From positions 25,749,264 to 25,813,263 of the forward strand of contig JASCQW010000137.1 of the NCBI GenBank assembly GCA_030264375.1: 64,000 nucleotides of DNA, given 5' to 3'. The notes under the pieces were generated by a model. It worked only from the letters and a program-made list of their open reading frames with translations. It had not been told where the DNA came from and made no database searches. Each line of letters begins with the position of its first letter. The stretch's first letter is position 1. Below are positions 12,894 through 26,805 of the stretch, in pieces. The stretch is from Carcharhinus longimanus. Lineage: Eukaryota. Both the position numbers and the translations under genes were made by a program.

Positions 12894-13084
12894 AAAATGT
12901 TTTTCACGTCAATATTATTTCAGAATAGAAGACTGCATTTGACTGTCAGATTTCTGGAGGATGACACCTTAAAAGGAGTCCATATATTAAGGCTAAAGAG
13001 CTATAACATTGGCTTGAATTTTTAGGATGGCGGAGGTGCAGTCCCCATCATCCAAAGAGTCGATAAGGAAATTATCCATATAAC

Positions 13085-13410
13085 CACAGAAAAGTTAGAG
13101 AACAGAATGAGGCCATTCAGCCCATGACACCAAAGTGCTCTTTCTAATCCCATCTCCCTGCACCAGATCCATAGTCCTGCAGCTTAAACCACATAAGCTG
13201 CAGATCCAGGTACTTTTAAAAGAGTTTAGGGTCTCTGCCTCCACCACCAACTTGAGCAGCAAATTCCAGACAGCCACCACCCTCTGTGTAAAAAAGCTCT
13301 TCCTCATATCCTCTCTACACTTTCTGCAACTTACCTTGAATCTATTCTATAATTCTCTGCTAAGAGAAACAATTTTATCCTGCCCACTCTACCTCATCCC
13401 CTCATAATTC
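13085..13410 (-). mobile_element. CR1 LINE 3' fragment
   Basis: ORF track RKSFFTQRVVAVWNLL...VVEAETLNSFK is the CR1 ORF2 C-terminus. Confidence 0.85.
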
Positions 13411-14119
13411 TTTCGACTCTGTCAACACTGGTATCTCAATGCTATTTTACGCTCCAACAAACATTGATTGGCATAAGGTAGTATATATATCCACTCCTCA
13501 CTTGGAAGGAAGTCCATCCTTAAAGAGCTACTGGCCAACACATCAGTTCCTCCAGCAACAACGCTGCAGTAGTTGGAAGAGGAATTGCACCAACCAGCCT
13601 GAGACCGAGTCCCGGGAACAGGAGAAGGGGAAGGTAGGAAAGGCCTGGGAGGTAGGCAGAGGAGTGATCAGATTCTCAGGGAAAATGCCAGTGGGAGGGA
13701 GATCCGAAGATCACTAGGTCTTAGGAAGGTGGGTGGTGACCCTAACCAAAAGGGGGCTTCTGATTGAAGAGCTCCCCCACCCACTCCACTTCACCCCATG
13801 ATGTTGCAATCCATCTGTCAGCCTAAAGATTGAGGAAAATGACTCTCAAGCGATCAATAATTGATTTGGACATTAATAATATTGCTGCAGAAATGTGGTG
13901 GGCAGGAAACCAGAATGAATCCTGTCCAAGCAATTTCACATCCCCCACCCCCACAACAATCACTGTGCCTCAAAACCTGTCAGGGAAGAGCATAAAATTC
14001 TGACCTCTTCAACCAAAAACATGCTAACTTGGTTATTTATCTCATTGCTGACTGTTGCTGGTATCAGAACTAGCTGTAACATTTGTTTACAGAACAATTG
14101 TCACTGCCCTTAAAGTAAG

Positions 14120-14900
14120 TGTTGAAATTGAAGGGGCCCTGGCAGAAATATTAAAAAGTTGGTATCCACAGGTGAGGTGCTGGATGATTGGAGGATAGCT
14201 CATGTTCCATTGTTTGAAAAAGGTTCAAAAAGTAATCCAGGAAATTATAGGCCGGTAAGTTTGACGTCAGTAGTAGGTAAATTATTGGAAGGAGTACTAA
14301 GAGATAGGATCTACAANNNNNNNNNNNNNNNNNNNNNNNNNNNNNNNNNNNNNNNNNNNNNNNNNNNNNNNNNNNNNNNNNNNNNNNNNNNNNNNNNNNN
14401 NNNNNNNNNNNNNNNNNNNNNNNNNNNNNNNNNNNNNNNNNNNNNNNNNNNNNNNNNNNNNNNNNNNNNNNNNNNNNNNNNNNNNNNNNNNNNNNNNNNN
14501 NNNNNNNNNNNNNNNNNNNNNNNNNNNNNNNNNNNNNNNNNNNNNNNNNNNNNNNNNNNNNNNNNNNNNNNNNNNNNNNNNNNNNNNNNNNNNNNNNNNN
14601 NNNNNNNNNNNNNNNNNNNNNNNNNNNNNNNNNNNNNNNNNNNNNNNNNNNNNNNNNNNNNNNNNNNNNNNNNNNNNNNNNNNNNNNNNNNNNNNNNNNN
14701 NNNNNNNNNNNNNNNNNNNNNNNNNNNNNNNNNNNNNNNNNNNNNNNNNNNNNNNNNNNNNNNNNNNNNNNNNNNNNNNNNNNGGTACATGGATGAGAGG
14801 GGTGTGGAGGGATATGGTCCAGGTGCAGGTCAGTGGGACTAGGCAGAAAAATGGTTCGACTCAGCCAAAAAGGGCCAAAGGGCCTGCTTCTATGGTTCTA
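14120..14900 (+). mobile_element. CR1 LINE fragment spanning an assembly gap
   Basis: GEVLDDWRIAHVPLFEKGSKSNPGNYRPVSLTSVVGKLLE before the gap; YMDERGVEGYGPGAGQWD and 3' tail after it. Confidence 0.9.
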
Positions 14901-15556
14901 ATTCATTGTCTGAAATGCTTTGTCCAAACGTAAGTATAATTATTTGTTCTTTATGTAGACTAACTCCAAGTTGACATTCTATGAACCATAAATGTAAATC
15001 CTTCTTTTCACCAAGAAGGTAAATGACATTATTGATGCCAAAGTCAACAGCAATGTGTCACATATCTGCCCAATTCACAGAATCTCAATGGGAAAGCTGT
15101 TTATGCTTCCTCCACTAGGTTTAGTGCAAGCAGTACTCAATACAGGGAACAAACAGAATCCTAGTTGCCACTCAAATCTGATTTTGATTGGTATCCATGA
15201 TAGTGTGGGATGTGATTGGTTTTGTTCCTTCCCTTCAGTAATGAAGCACAGTGGAAGCGATTGTGATTCCTGTAACACTCGACAACCACAATGATTTTGC
15301 AACTGCAGCAGGCTACACCTGATCTAGATCAGATCTTAAAGAAATGGAAGATTCAGTGATTTCAGGACTTGGATCTTAAATCACTAATAGCCGCCTTAGA
15401 CTGTAGACAGCCAAACGCAGTACAGAGCAAAGGATGCCCAAAAGCTAGAATTGAACATTGGAAAGTTCTAGCTCACTTCCGCCTGTGATATCAACACCTA
15501 TCTTGATGTATCAGCACTCAAGGTACAAACAAACAAATGTTTTCTCTCACACATAC

Positions 15557-16140
15557 AGGGTGGAATTATGTTAAACAGGTGAGAAAATCGAAGGTTTTCT
15601 CACCCGTTTTTTCAGCAAGCACTCATTGCAATACAGAGGCTGTCAGAAGATTCATGTCAGTAGGGGGCTGGGCGAGTCTAATTCTGCAAAGAGGCCGGCT
15701 GCAGATTGCTCAGGGCACCTGTGTGCAAGCGCCTGATCTCCCAAAATACCAGATCTCCTGTTTATCTTTGCCCCAAGGAAATGGCTGCACTGCCCCCTCT
15801 GCAGACATTGCCACGGCCTCTCACTGTCTCCCCCCCATTCCCCAACATCGCCAACCTCCGGCCTCTCACCACCCTGATTGCTGATTCTCTCTGGCCGCCT
15901 GATCGCCAACTCCCCAGTCACCAGCCCCTGATCACTGGCCCCATCACCGCCCCCTCCCCCCCAATGCAGAGCTTCCCCCTTCCCTCCCCTTTTGGGCGCG
16001 AGGCTGATTGTGCTGGCAGAACGGTGCAGGCAATATCAGGACAGGTGAGAAATTGGGTGCAAGATCTATTTTTCGCCTCTCGTTCATATTTCCCACTACG
16101 CCACTCAATTCATGCAGCAGGGTTGAAAACTCCCACCCAC
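15557..16140. mobile_element. Harbinger-like non-autonomous DNA transposon
   Basis: TIRs gggtggaatt / aactcccaccc, with a GC/C-rich interior like the other copies at 49.6-50.6 kb, 53.4-54.1 kb and 54.1-54.9 kb. Confidence 0.5.
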
Positions 16141-17261
16141 AATGTAGGGGAACAAGAAGCTTCAATGTATAAGTCTGTAAAAAGCTGGATAAAAAATTAA
16201 AAGTTAGGCTGATGGTTTGATTCCCATAAGGAAAACACATTCTGCCATTTTATATCTCATTTTCCTTTGATGTTATTTCAGGTAAAAAAAAGCTCCAGAT
16301 AAGGCTTCCCTTTCAAAATGTAATCTGTGCACCCAGCACCACTTCTAACTCGGGAATTCTGGGTTCATCAGAAACTGTGTTGCTTCATGAATTCAGGAAC
16401 TTGCTGAATCTGAAAGCTCTCATTAGTCGTGTATCCATGTCCTCCAGGGCACAGTTGGATATGGTAAACTGTGAAGGACTTGAAAAATCACCCCCTGGCG
16501 TCTGGGGAGATCCCCCATGAAAATCTCATAGTTGGACTGACCTTTGTAGCTACAGGTAGTACAATGACAATCAAAGGGAATTATTCCAGATCCAAATACT
16601 ATTGATGGCATAGGTCAGATAGCAAATTCTTGCTGAGCTGAAAGCAATACAAATATTTGCTGCTCATTCAATTGCAAATGATGTAATTCTTCATAAAGAT
16701 AATGCTTCATTCATCCTTCAGACTATCTTTCAAGTCTTTGCTAACATGGAACTATATTGTATACTATTAGCTCACAAAAAACCTAATTGCTTACCACTGA
16801 TGGAATTATAAAAGCCAATATGTACAAGTGGCATCAAACCTTCATCTTTGGCTTATCAGATGGTAGAATTTAAAGCAGAAAATGGTTGCAGTTGAGTGAC
16901 AATAGTTTTAACCAGTCTGTTATTTTATTGTGTGCTAATGCATTGCAGCCATATTTATTTTACTGCAGAAAATATGAGTGCATGGTAATTATGCCAATAG
17001 AATTATCACCTTTTGGTCAAGTTATCAAATATCTAACCCATGGGCTTGGTTCAGTCCACTGAGTTGCTTTTCAATTAATAATAATTGCTTGAGCTGATTA
17101 GCTAGAAGCTTGAGTTCATGTCAAAAACTTTGTGTGACATAATTTTATTGACACTGATGCTGGCATTGTGAATACCAGGAGACATAGTGGTAGAAACTCT
17201 AGATAAGAAGGCAGTACTTGACTGAGGATGGCATCTAAGACCTTAAAGTTAGTTTTTTTAA

Positions 17262-17582
17262 CAGGGACATGGGTGTCGCTGACCGGCCAGCATTTATTAC
17301 CCATTCCTTGGCGGGCAGTTGAGAGTCAAACACATTGCTGTGGCTCTGGAGTCACAGGTAGGTCAGACAAAGTAAGGAAAGTGCATTTCCTTCCCAAAAG
17401 TACATTAATGAATCAGGCGGGTTTTTCCAACAATTGACAATGGCTTCATGGTCATCAGTAGATTCTTAATTTCAGATATTTTTTATTGAATGCAAATTCC
17501 ACCAGCTGTTATGGTCATATTTGTACCCGGGTCCCCAGAATATTAGCTGAGTTTCTGGATTAATAGTATGTCGATAATACCC
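17262..17582 (-). mobile_element. Second tRNA-derived SINE family
   Basis: Reverse complement matches the copy at 33855-34212 (tctggggacccgggt...gactccagagccacagcaatgtg...taaatgctggcc). Confidence 0.75.
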
Positions 17583-17679
17583 ATAGTGAAGGTGAAAACT
17601 CTCCAGCGGTCATAGTCATCCCTAATACGCAGAAAAATGACTGAGTTGTCAGAGACAAAATCATTGCAGTTCATGTAGG

Positions 17680-18190
17680 CTTCCCAGGGCAGGTCCAACC
17701 ATCTTCAGCTGCTTTCAGTAATGATTTCCCTTTGTTCTATGCCAGGAATAAGGCTGCTTGCTGACAATTGTATAGTACTCCGTTCCAAACACAAGTCTTC
17801 TGGTAATAACACAGCCGATGCCAGCCTTCAACAGAGATGGACAACATCCAGATTTTGGCTGACAANNNNNNNNNNNNNNNNNNNNNNNNNNNNNNNNNNN
17901 NNNNNNNNNNNNNNNNNNNNNNNNNNNNNNNNNNNNNNNNNNNNNNNNNNNNNNNNNNNNNNNNNNNNNNNNNNNNNNNNNNNNNNNNNNNNNNNNNNNN
18001 NNNNNNNNNNNNNNNNNNNNNNNNNNNNNNNNNNNNNNNNNNNNNNNNNNNNCTCAATTCCCGACTCCTCAAGGATTTAACTCAAGAGTTTGATCAAATG
18101 GGTAGCACTGGGCTGGGTGGCTGCAGTTGCATGGACACTCAAAAGAAGATTGATACCATCCAGAATAAAGCCAACCACCGCTTTCTCAGT
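17680..18190 (+). mobile_element. Old CR1-group LINE RT fragment
   Basis: Degenerate GPTIFSCF..ND, RLLADNC (FADD-like), DNIQILAD, and KKIDTIQNKA motifs; spans a gap. Confidence 0.65.
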
Positions 18191-18502
18191 GAACCTGGAG
18201 GTGAACAATAAATGAAGCCTTGATATTATTCCAGGAATAAATTTAACAAATGTGGAGAACTGGAAATAGTGGCAACCACCCGACAAAGATACCATTGACA
18301 GAGAGTGGACAAGTGGGGCTTTTAATCAGTGGGGAGGCATAGTCAGCACAAAGACTCAATCAGCCCTCTTTGAAGCAGACATTTGCAAAAGCAAAGTGGA
18401 CCAGGGACACCTGACATTGAAACACAGAAAAAATGTACAACCCCAAAGTAGTAGAGTGGACAGTGACTTATGTGGGTTGCTGTTGTGCGTGGATCACTTA
18501 GG

Positions 18503-18803
18503 AGTGGCATGGTGGCACGGTGGTTAGCATTGCTGCTGCACAGTACTGGGCACCTGGGTTCGATTCCCAAATTGGGTCACTGTCTGTGTGAAGTCAGCAC
18601 ATTCTCCCCATTTCTGCATGGGTTTCCTCCGGGTGTTCTGGTTTTCTCCCACTGCCCAAAAGACGTGCTGGTTTGGTGTATTGGTCACAGTAAATTCTCC
18701 CTCAGTGTACCCGCACAGGTGCCGGAGTGTGACAATGAGCGGATTTTCGCAGTAACTTCATTGCAATGTTAATGTAAGCCTTACTTGTGACTAATAAATA
18801 AAG
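18503..18803 (+). mobile_element. V-SINE, variant tail
   Basis: Same head and tail as 7442-7733. Confidence 0.85.
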
Positions 18804-19961
18804 CAGGTAGAAGGAATCAATCTGAGATAGAATTGGTCAAAAGTAGATGAGACGGGTTTAAGAAAGAAAGATTACTCAAGCCAAATGAAGACAAAGCGAG
18901 GTTTAGAGAAAATGTCATTTAAAGACTCAGCCGAGATTGCCCGGGCTGGGACATGTACAGGGAGAGAGCAAGGGAAGAAAGAATAAGAGAAGAGAAATGA
19001 ATAAAAGGGATACAGAATGAACAAAAGAATAAATAACTAAAAACAAAAGAAAGGATTAATAAGATGAATCAAATATCAAGAAAGATCAGTCATGCTTGTA
19101 AGCTCATTCAAAAGTAAAATATATCTAGCTTCTCTTGGTTACAGAGCACGTAGGAGAGGTAGAAACACAAATGTGAGAAAGGGGAAGGAAAAAAGAAAAC
19201 GCAAAGATTGAGACTGAAGGAGGAACAGAAAGAGGCAGATAGAAGTAGAGAGAGACCACAACAGAAGAGGAGGGAAAGATAAACAGGAATGAAGGAGGAG
19301 AATGTCAGTACAGCAATGAAAGAGTGAACACCACCAAATGGAAAATAAATTGGGAGTTAGATATGCTTAATTAATACAATGTGTTAAAAAGATAAGAGTT
19401 ATGGTGACTCTGATGTATAAATGAAAATCATGTAAGAAGATAATGGTTAAAATAACAGGTACTGATATAATGCTGCTGTGCATTTTCTGATACAATAGTA
19501 TCTGCAGTGGTAAACCACAGAGACAGACATGAGCTTTGGGGTCTAACCACATCAATGTCTGGACCATGAATCAGGCACCACGTGGTTTGCTAGATGACTT
19601 AAATGAGGATTGGACAGGCAGCCAGCCAAATAACCGTTCACAAACCAAAAAAGAACAATACCTATAGTGACAGTGAAAGGCCATTTGTGCAATTTAAAAA
19701 AGGAATCTGAAATATCTGAGGGGGAGAGTTGAAGGGTAGAAGACAAGTGAAACAATTAGGGAGAAATCCAAGATTATTGTAAATTTTGCCTCTTTTTCTT
19801 TTTTTTTTGGAGGCTTTTTGAAACTATGATTAACCTCTGAAAGTCTGTACTGCAACAAAAATCCAATAAAAACATTCAATCCTGTAACTGAATTGCTTCG
19901 CAAAAATGTAGTTCATTAAAAGACTGAATAGATATTAAACACAATGTCCACATATACAACT

Positions 19962-20242
19962 GATGGCACAGTGGTTAGCACTGCTGTCTCACAGCGCCAG
20001 GGACCTCGGTTCAATTCCCAATTGGTTACTGTGGAGTTTGCACATTCTCCCTGTGTCTGCATGGGTTTCCTCTGGGTGCTCTGGTTTCCAGTCCAAAGAT
20101 GTGCAGGTTAGGTGGATTGGCCATACTAAATTCTCCCTCAGTGTACTTGAACAGGCACCTGAATGTGGCCACCAGGGGATTTCCACAGTGACTTCATTTC
20201 AATGTGAATAGAAGCCTACTTGTGACTAATAAATAAACTTTA
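19962..20242 (+). mobile_element. V-SINE, variant tail
   Basis: Same head and tail as 7442-7733; runs into a gap. Confidence 0.85.
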
Positions 20243-21522
20243 NNNNNNNNNNNNNNNNNNNNNNNNNNNNNNNNNNNNNNNNNNNNNNNNNNNNNNNNNN
20301 NNNNNNNNNNNNNNNNNNNNNNNNNNNNNNNNNNNNNNNNNNAACTTTAAGTTCAATCAAGCAGAGAGACATAGATTAGCACATAGAATGCCTCATGAGA
20401 CTCCAATCCCAGCTAATCATTAGGCAAACATGACCCACACAGGGAGGAGAGTTACCCCAATACCAGCCCATGCATTCCACCTGGTGAACAACTGCCCACC
20501 ATCTTGCTCGCAGATGCTTAAAATGATGACAAAACTATCATAAGCAGACTTGCATTCTTGCATAGCGCTTTCTCATGTCCTCATGAGTGCCAACGAATGA
20601 CAATGACATAGCACTAACAGGACATACGAAGGTGAACATTGATCAGGAGAAGGCAGAAATATAGAAAGAGTCTGGTGCTTTAATCAACAGCATCCTCATG
20701 AAGGATCTGGCATGTTTGTTCAGTGTGACATTGTTGTGACTCTAAGGTCAATTTCAAATCCCAGGATAGCCACAACAATAGTCAAACCCCAGACTTTTAG
20801 GGGCCAATAAACAACCAATGAGCCAATATGCAAATGAACAAGATTCTACATACTCTTTCTATATGTCATTGGCAACATGATTCTAATGTCTGACTTATCG
20901 GATGGTGTGAGGAGAGTGGCTAAAGACTTGTAGAAAATATTAGCAGAGGAAATGGCCAATCCCTTCAGATGTCTGCCATCTGAAAGAGAAACCATTCTTC
21001 AGCCCTTGGCTGTAGCCCTGTATTTCTTGGAACTTCTAATGGTTAAGGGTGCCTTGCATGCTTAATAAGCTTTCTGCCTCTAAACCTTACAACCAGTCCC
21101 CCCACCCACCACCACTCTCAGTTTAAAGTTTTTTTTCCTTAACTCTGTTTTATTCCTTCAGCCAATCTCTTTTAATCTATGCCCCTTGGTGACTCCTCCA
21201 GTATTAGAAACAGGTCCTTCCATATCCCCTCATTATTTTATGCAGTTAAACTAAATCTTCCCTTAGTCTCCTGCATCCCAAAGATAAAAACCCCTGCCTA
21301 TCCAACCTAGAAGTTGGCAGAGTTAAAAAAAAATACAGTAAGTGAAAAATAAAGAAAAATGATGGTTCAGTGAGAAGTTTTGCAGACAAGACAAAAAAAA
21401 TGTTCTTACTAATTCAAACTGAAGAAAACTCAGTCGTGGTTCTCAAGGGAATAATCTGATGCATCCTTTTAAACTGAAAAAAACTCTGCGGCATCTTTCA
21501 GTAAGAGGAAAAAGGTTCCCAC

Positions 21523-21558
21523 CTGCTCCTGGATTGAAAGGATTGACATATGGTACAG
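21523..21558 (-). CDS. Putative 36-nt internal exon of the - strand gene
   Basis: Acceptor gtcttttttcccctaag, donor CAG|GTGGGA; open in all frames (phase 1: VPYVNPFNPGA; phase 0: LYHMSILSIQEQ). Confidence 0.55.
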
Positions 21559-22774
21559 CTTAGGGGAAAAAAGACTATCTGGTTATTCACTTTCAATGGA
21601 TTGCAGTGTTTATATTTCTCGGGACTGTTGGTATTATAGCTTAGCCTGTTATGATTGTTCGGCTGAGTTTCAAAGCCCTGAACCACTTATCTTAGCAGGA
21701 GACTATGTTTGCATTTTGGTTGAAAACTTTAATAAGTTATTAAAGGATTATCTGTATTTGATATGGTTAGCAGAAATAACTGTTTAGTTGCTTTTATAAG
21801 AGATTGATCTATTGGAGGAAGTTACATTTTTAATGGGTTTTATGACATCGAGAGAGTGAGNNNNNNNNNNNNNNNNNNNNNNNNNNNNNNNNNNNNNNNN
21901 NNNNNNNNNNNNNNNNNNNNNNNNNNNNNNNNNNNNNNNNNNNNNNNNCATAAGATTGGGGGGGAATGGGGGGGGGGGGCGGCGGGGGAGGGTTGTTGGA
22001 GTGAACATGAAAGGAACATGGGGACAACTTTTGGGGGGGAAGACTTTTATATAACCGTGTATTACATCCATGAAACATTACAAAGAACTTTACAATCACT
22101 GGATTACTTTGAAGTACAGTCAGTAATTTAATTAAACATGACAGCTAGATTATGCAATATATAATCTCCAAAAGATGATGTTAGCAGGACATTGCCCTCG
22201 CTCCTTTTTTCAATAGTGCAGTCTAATACTGACAATCTGCTAAATCAAAAGAGCCCCATTTTAATATTTCATTAGAAAAACAAGGAGTTAACCTCTGGCC
22301 TCTCATACTCTCTCATCTTTTCACAAACCCCTTTTCCTTCTCCGTAACCTAATACACACATTTTTGAGATGTGTAATTCCTTAATTTAGTTAGCATTAAA
22401 GAAACCAAGTCTAGTGAGTCAAGTAATACCCTCTCTCTAGCACATCTCAAGCAACTAATGATCCACTTAACCAATATAAATTTACCAAAATTTGTTAATT
22501 AGTTATGGAATATGCAAATTTTGTGGTAAGTAGTTCAGAATAAAAGAAGGAATTCACTTGCATGTGTTCCTGCTTTAAAACACTTTGAGTTCAATAAACC
22601 AGTTTGAGAGTTGGTTAAACATTTCATGTAAAAAGGGGCATAATGTAGCTGAGAATTATGTTTTAAATAATCTGCAAATTCCACTCTAACATCTCATCAG
22701 AGCACCAAGCTTGTTCCATTGTCTGGATTTCAGTGTTTGCCGCTTCTTCTCGCCTGATAAAATGCAATGAAATA

Positions 22775-23126
22775 AATCATAGGAATCATCATAGAAACCT
22801 TACTGTGCAGAAAGAGGCCATTCGGCCCATCGAGTCTGCACAGACCACAATCCCACCCAGGCCCTACCCCCATATCCCTACGTATTTTACCCACTAATCC
22901 CTCTAACCTATGCATCCCAGGACACTAAGGGGCACTTTTTAAGCATAGCCAATCAACCTAACCCACACGCCTTTGGACTGTCGGAGGAAACTGGGGTACC
23001 CAGAGGAAACCCATGCAGACATAGGGAGAAAGTGCAAACTTCACACAGACAGTGACCCACGCCAGGAATCGAACCCAGGTCCTGGAGCTGTGAAGCAGCA
23101 ACGCTAATCACAATGCAACTGTGCCA
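22775..23126 (-). mobile_element. HE1-type V-SINE with CR1-like tail
   Basis: tcatagaaacct...ggccattcggcccatcgag...ggaatcgaacccaggtcc on + is the reverse of the canonical SINE. Confidence 0.85.
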
Positions 23127-23699
23127 ATGGATTTCTTCAGAAATCAAAAAAGGGTCTGTGATCCATTCTGCCATATAGTCAGTGTTCCACACACAGATAT
23201 AACTGCACACTAACAGGTAGGGGTGTACATCTTTAACTTTGTGAGTGAACAGATTTGTTTGGGTTATGTTAGACTGTGTGCAGGGAATTCCATGACACAC
23301 ACATCATGAGGTAGAATGTCGTCACTCTGTTTTGCTATTAGCAAGGTTGGAAAAGTTTGCGTCTACCGATTATCAGCCAAAGGCAACACTCAAGCTAACT
23401 TCTGAAATTATCCTCATTGTTGCGGAAGAAAAACTTTGTACCAAGATGTCCTGTGTCACATTATTCTTAAATATCACATTATTGATGATCTTTGCTACAT
23501 ACAGGCAGACAGTGGACTATTCAAGAGCAATTTCCACGCGTTGAGAGTTGGGCAGAAGGTGAGACTGCTGAATAATCTTGTAGGATCACCTCCATAATGA
23601 AAACTGGCTCTGAATAGAATGGGGAGGATTAATAAATACTTCAGCTGAAATTTTTCACGAAGGCTGTGCCGGTTGAAAAGACGTGGGCAAGTCCATTGC

Positions 23700-24040
23700 T
23701 AGGGCTGGGAAGGTATGATCTGGACAGAACAGATAGGAAAAAATTGTTCTCATTGGTGGGAGGGTCAAGAACAAGAGGGCACAGATTTAAAGAACTGCCA
23801 AAAAATGCAATGGCAACATGGGGGCAAACCTTTTGATACAGCAAGTGTTTCGGAGCTAGTATGCCCTTCCCAGAAGTGTGGTAGAGGTAGGGTCAACGGA
23901 GGCTTTCAAAAGTGAATTGGATCATAATCAGAAAAGAAAACACTTTCAAGGCTACGGGGAGAAAACAGGGGTAAATTGAACCTTCAGAGGGCCAGCACAC
24001 AGACATGGATGGGTTGAATGGCCTCCTTATGTGCTATAAC
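23700..24040 (+). mobile_element. Degenerate CR1 3' fragment
   Basis: gggtcaagaacaagagggcacagatttaaa (SRTRGHRFK-like) and tail gatgggttgaatggcctcct. Confidence 0.7.
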
Positions 24041-24744
24041 CAGTTATTTTACGCTCATGGCCACTGCAAAGAGACTTCATATTTCTATTTAATAAATGTA
24101 CTTAAAATTGATTCCATATGTTGAATAAAGACTCATTTGACCAAAAACATGAAATTCTGTAGAAGTGAAAATAAAGGTAATATTAAAAGTTCATACAGAA
24201 TTGTTGAGTACACGTGCTGAACATATGAAAGTACATGAAGGATAGCAATCCAAGATCAGAGCTAAACTATATCTCCTTCCACTGATATTGAGTAAATCAA
24301 CAAGATCCAGGGAACATTTATATAAAGACAGTCATTAAAGTCTCCAATTGGTATATAAGCCAAGTTTATGGAACATATTTTTCATTTCACTCTTGTGTTT
24401 TGGGAAATAAAATGTAAACCCAAGGAATAAAGTTTTTAAGTACATGTACAATGATGGAGATACAATAAGTCAAGGTGGTAAACTTGTAAGTAACTGATGA
24501 TCATTAACTGAAACACACATGGATTCTGCATGCACGCTACACAATTACAACCAAAGAGAGTGTCAGGTGTTTTTCACAAGAAAACGGTTACAAATGTGGA
24601 ATCCGATCCTCAAATTAATAGTAAGTAATAAGTTATGGAATCCCACGAAATGTAAAACGGAATTGGGATTACTTGTCAGTATAAACTAGTCATATTAATT
24701 GTAGCCATTCAACTGTAGAATTATAGAACTGTATATATTGGTCG

Positions 24745-25078
24745 TCACGGCAGCATAGTGGTTAGCACTGCTGACTTACAGCACCAGGGACCCGGATTCA
24801 ATTCCAGCCTTGGGTTACTATCTGTGTCGAGTGTATACATTCTCACTATGTTGGCACGGGTTTCCTCCAGGTGCTCTGTTTTCTTCCCAGTCGAAAGATG
24901 TGTGGGTCAGGTGGCTTGGCCATGCTAAATTGCCCCTTAGCGTCCCAAGGTGTGTTGGCTAGGGGAATTAGTGAGGCAAATACATGGGATTATGAAAAAA
25001 GGGTCTGGGAGGGATAGAGAGTTGGTGCAGACTCAGTGGACAGAATGTCCTGTTTCTGCACTATAGGGATTCTATGAC
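24745..25078 (+). mobile_element. HE1-type V-SINE
   Basis: Canonical head and ctatagggattctatga tail. Confidence 0.85.
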
Positions 25079-26329
25079 TTTATATATATTTCTAACATGG
25101 GTAAAAACTTTGGAATTTTTAAATAAAAACAGTCTGAGGCTTGTTCAGCCATGTTAATTTGACTCTAGTCATAGTTTCACATATCTTACGATTGATTTGT
25201 AATCTTGAAGTGTGAATGAATTACATTGTTGATCCTGACTTCATTGAATCAAATAATATAACCATTAAAGCTGTATAAAATGGTATCACAGCAAAACATT
25301 AGGGTTTAGTTTATTTCTGATGTATAGAATTGAATAACATTAACTGCTGGCTTTTGGAATTCAAACTATTTAGCACATTCAATCTAACCACCTACCTCAC
25401 CCATCATGATCGTCTGCACTGTGTGAGCTTTTATATGATGTGGTGACACTTCAAAAATTTTCCCACTCATTAAACACAATAATGCCAGGTCTGACCAGGC
25501 ACAAAACACTTTTTTTGGTTCAACTGTGTGACTGAAGAAAGCTGCATGAATTCACCATTAATGAAAATTGGCTCTTTCTCATTTTTCACTAATGTCTATT
25601 GATCCGTATTTGGAAGGTTAGGAATGCTCAATGCAATGCTAAGCAAGGACAAAGGATATCCCAGCAGTCCTTCCTGCATCTCCTTATTTGTGAAAATTAA
25701 CAAAGGCAAGTGTTTTTCACCTAAGAAGCCCAAGGGAAGAAGGCACAAAAAAAATAATTGCCTCATTGTCAATCGAGTATCCCAACCACAAAGAGTGAAT
25801 AAAAAGTGTTGACAGAATTAATGTTCTGCGCAATAATATTTTTTTTTAAAAATTGGCCCATGCAGATTTGAATGTTCTCAACAGATTAAAAATTCAGATC
25901 ATTTCAAATGAATCCAGCCCCACTCTGAGGAATTCAAAGCTGAAATTCAGTTCTGATTTCTCTTTGAAAAATATGTTCAAATCTCTAAATCATTTGTAGT
26001 GAAGGTGGTGTTCACTGCACAGTAAAAACATCACTGTATGTTCCTCCCTGTTGTTAATGTTTAGCCCATGTGAGATGAGATATTTGATTGCAGAGTTACA
26101 ATCAATTCAGAATGACCAAATGGTTTTCATATTCATACCCTTAACTTTTTCATAATAGTACAATTTGAAAGTTATAGGTGACCTATTTACAATAGGCTCT
26201 CCAAAGCCATAGAAAAAGTTTCCCATGAGTGGGTTTTCCCCTACCTACTGGAAGCATGGAGGAACAAGGCTTCGACCTTCCATGAAACAGATTTTGTGGA
26301 ACTGTCCCATTTTATATAAAGATTTTAGC

Positions 26330-26720
26330 GCAAAAACAGGTCATTTGGCCCAACTGGTCTATGCCACAATTTATGATTCACATGAGCTTCCTCCCCTTTA
26401 CTTCATTCTAACCCTTTCAGTCTTTCTTTATATTCCTTTGTCCCTAAAGTACTTAGCTAGCTGCACCTTAGATGCATCTATGCTATCCACCTTAACTATT
26501 TCATGTGGTACCAAGTTCTGGGTTCTAACAGATCTCTGGGGAAAGAGGTTTCTCCTGAATTTCTTACAGGATTTATTTGTGATCCTCTTACATTTATAAC
26601 CCCTAGTCTGATTTCCCCCGCAAGTGAAAAAAAACCTTTTGTTCACATTTATCCTATTAAACATCTTCATAATTTTGAATATCTCTACTCGGTCACCTCG
26701 CTCCCTTTTCTTTTCAAGGT
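26330..26720 (-). mobile_element. CR1 3' fragment
   Basis: ORF track QTRGYKCK...FRRNLFPQRSVRTQNLVPHEIVKVDSIDASK. Confidence 0.8.
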
Positions 26721-26805
26721 CACCTCACTCTTTGATATTTCAGCAGAAATCACTCAGCTACCCATCACACAGGAAGTGAAAGAGATTAGGAGTATGTGTT
26801 CATAA

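Noticed and set aside
14159-14842. 227-aa ORF
   Set aside because: Mostly N; the flanks are CR1 ORF2 fragments.
15706-16200. 164-aa proline-rich ORF
   Set aside because: Lies in the GC-rich interior of a TIR element and has no recognisable domain.
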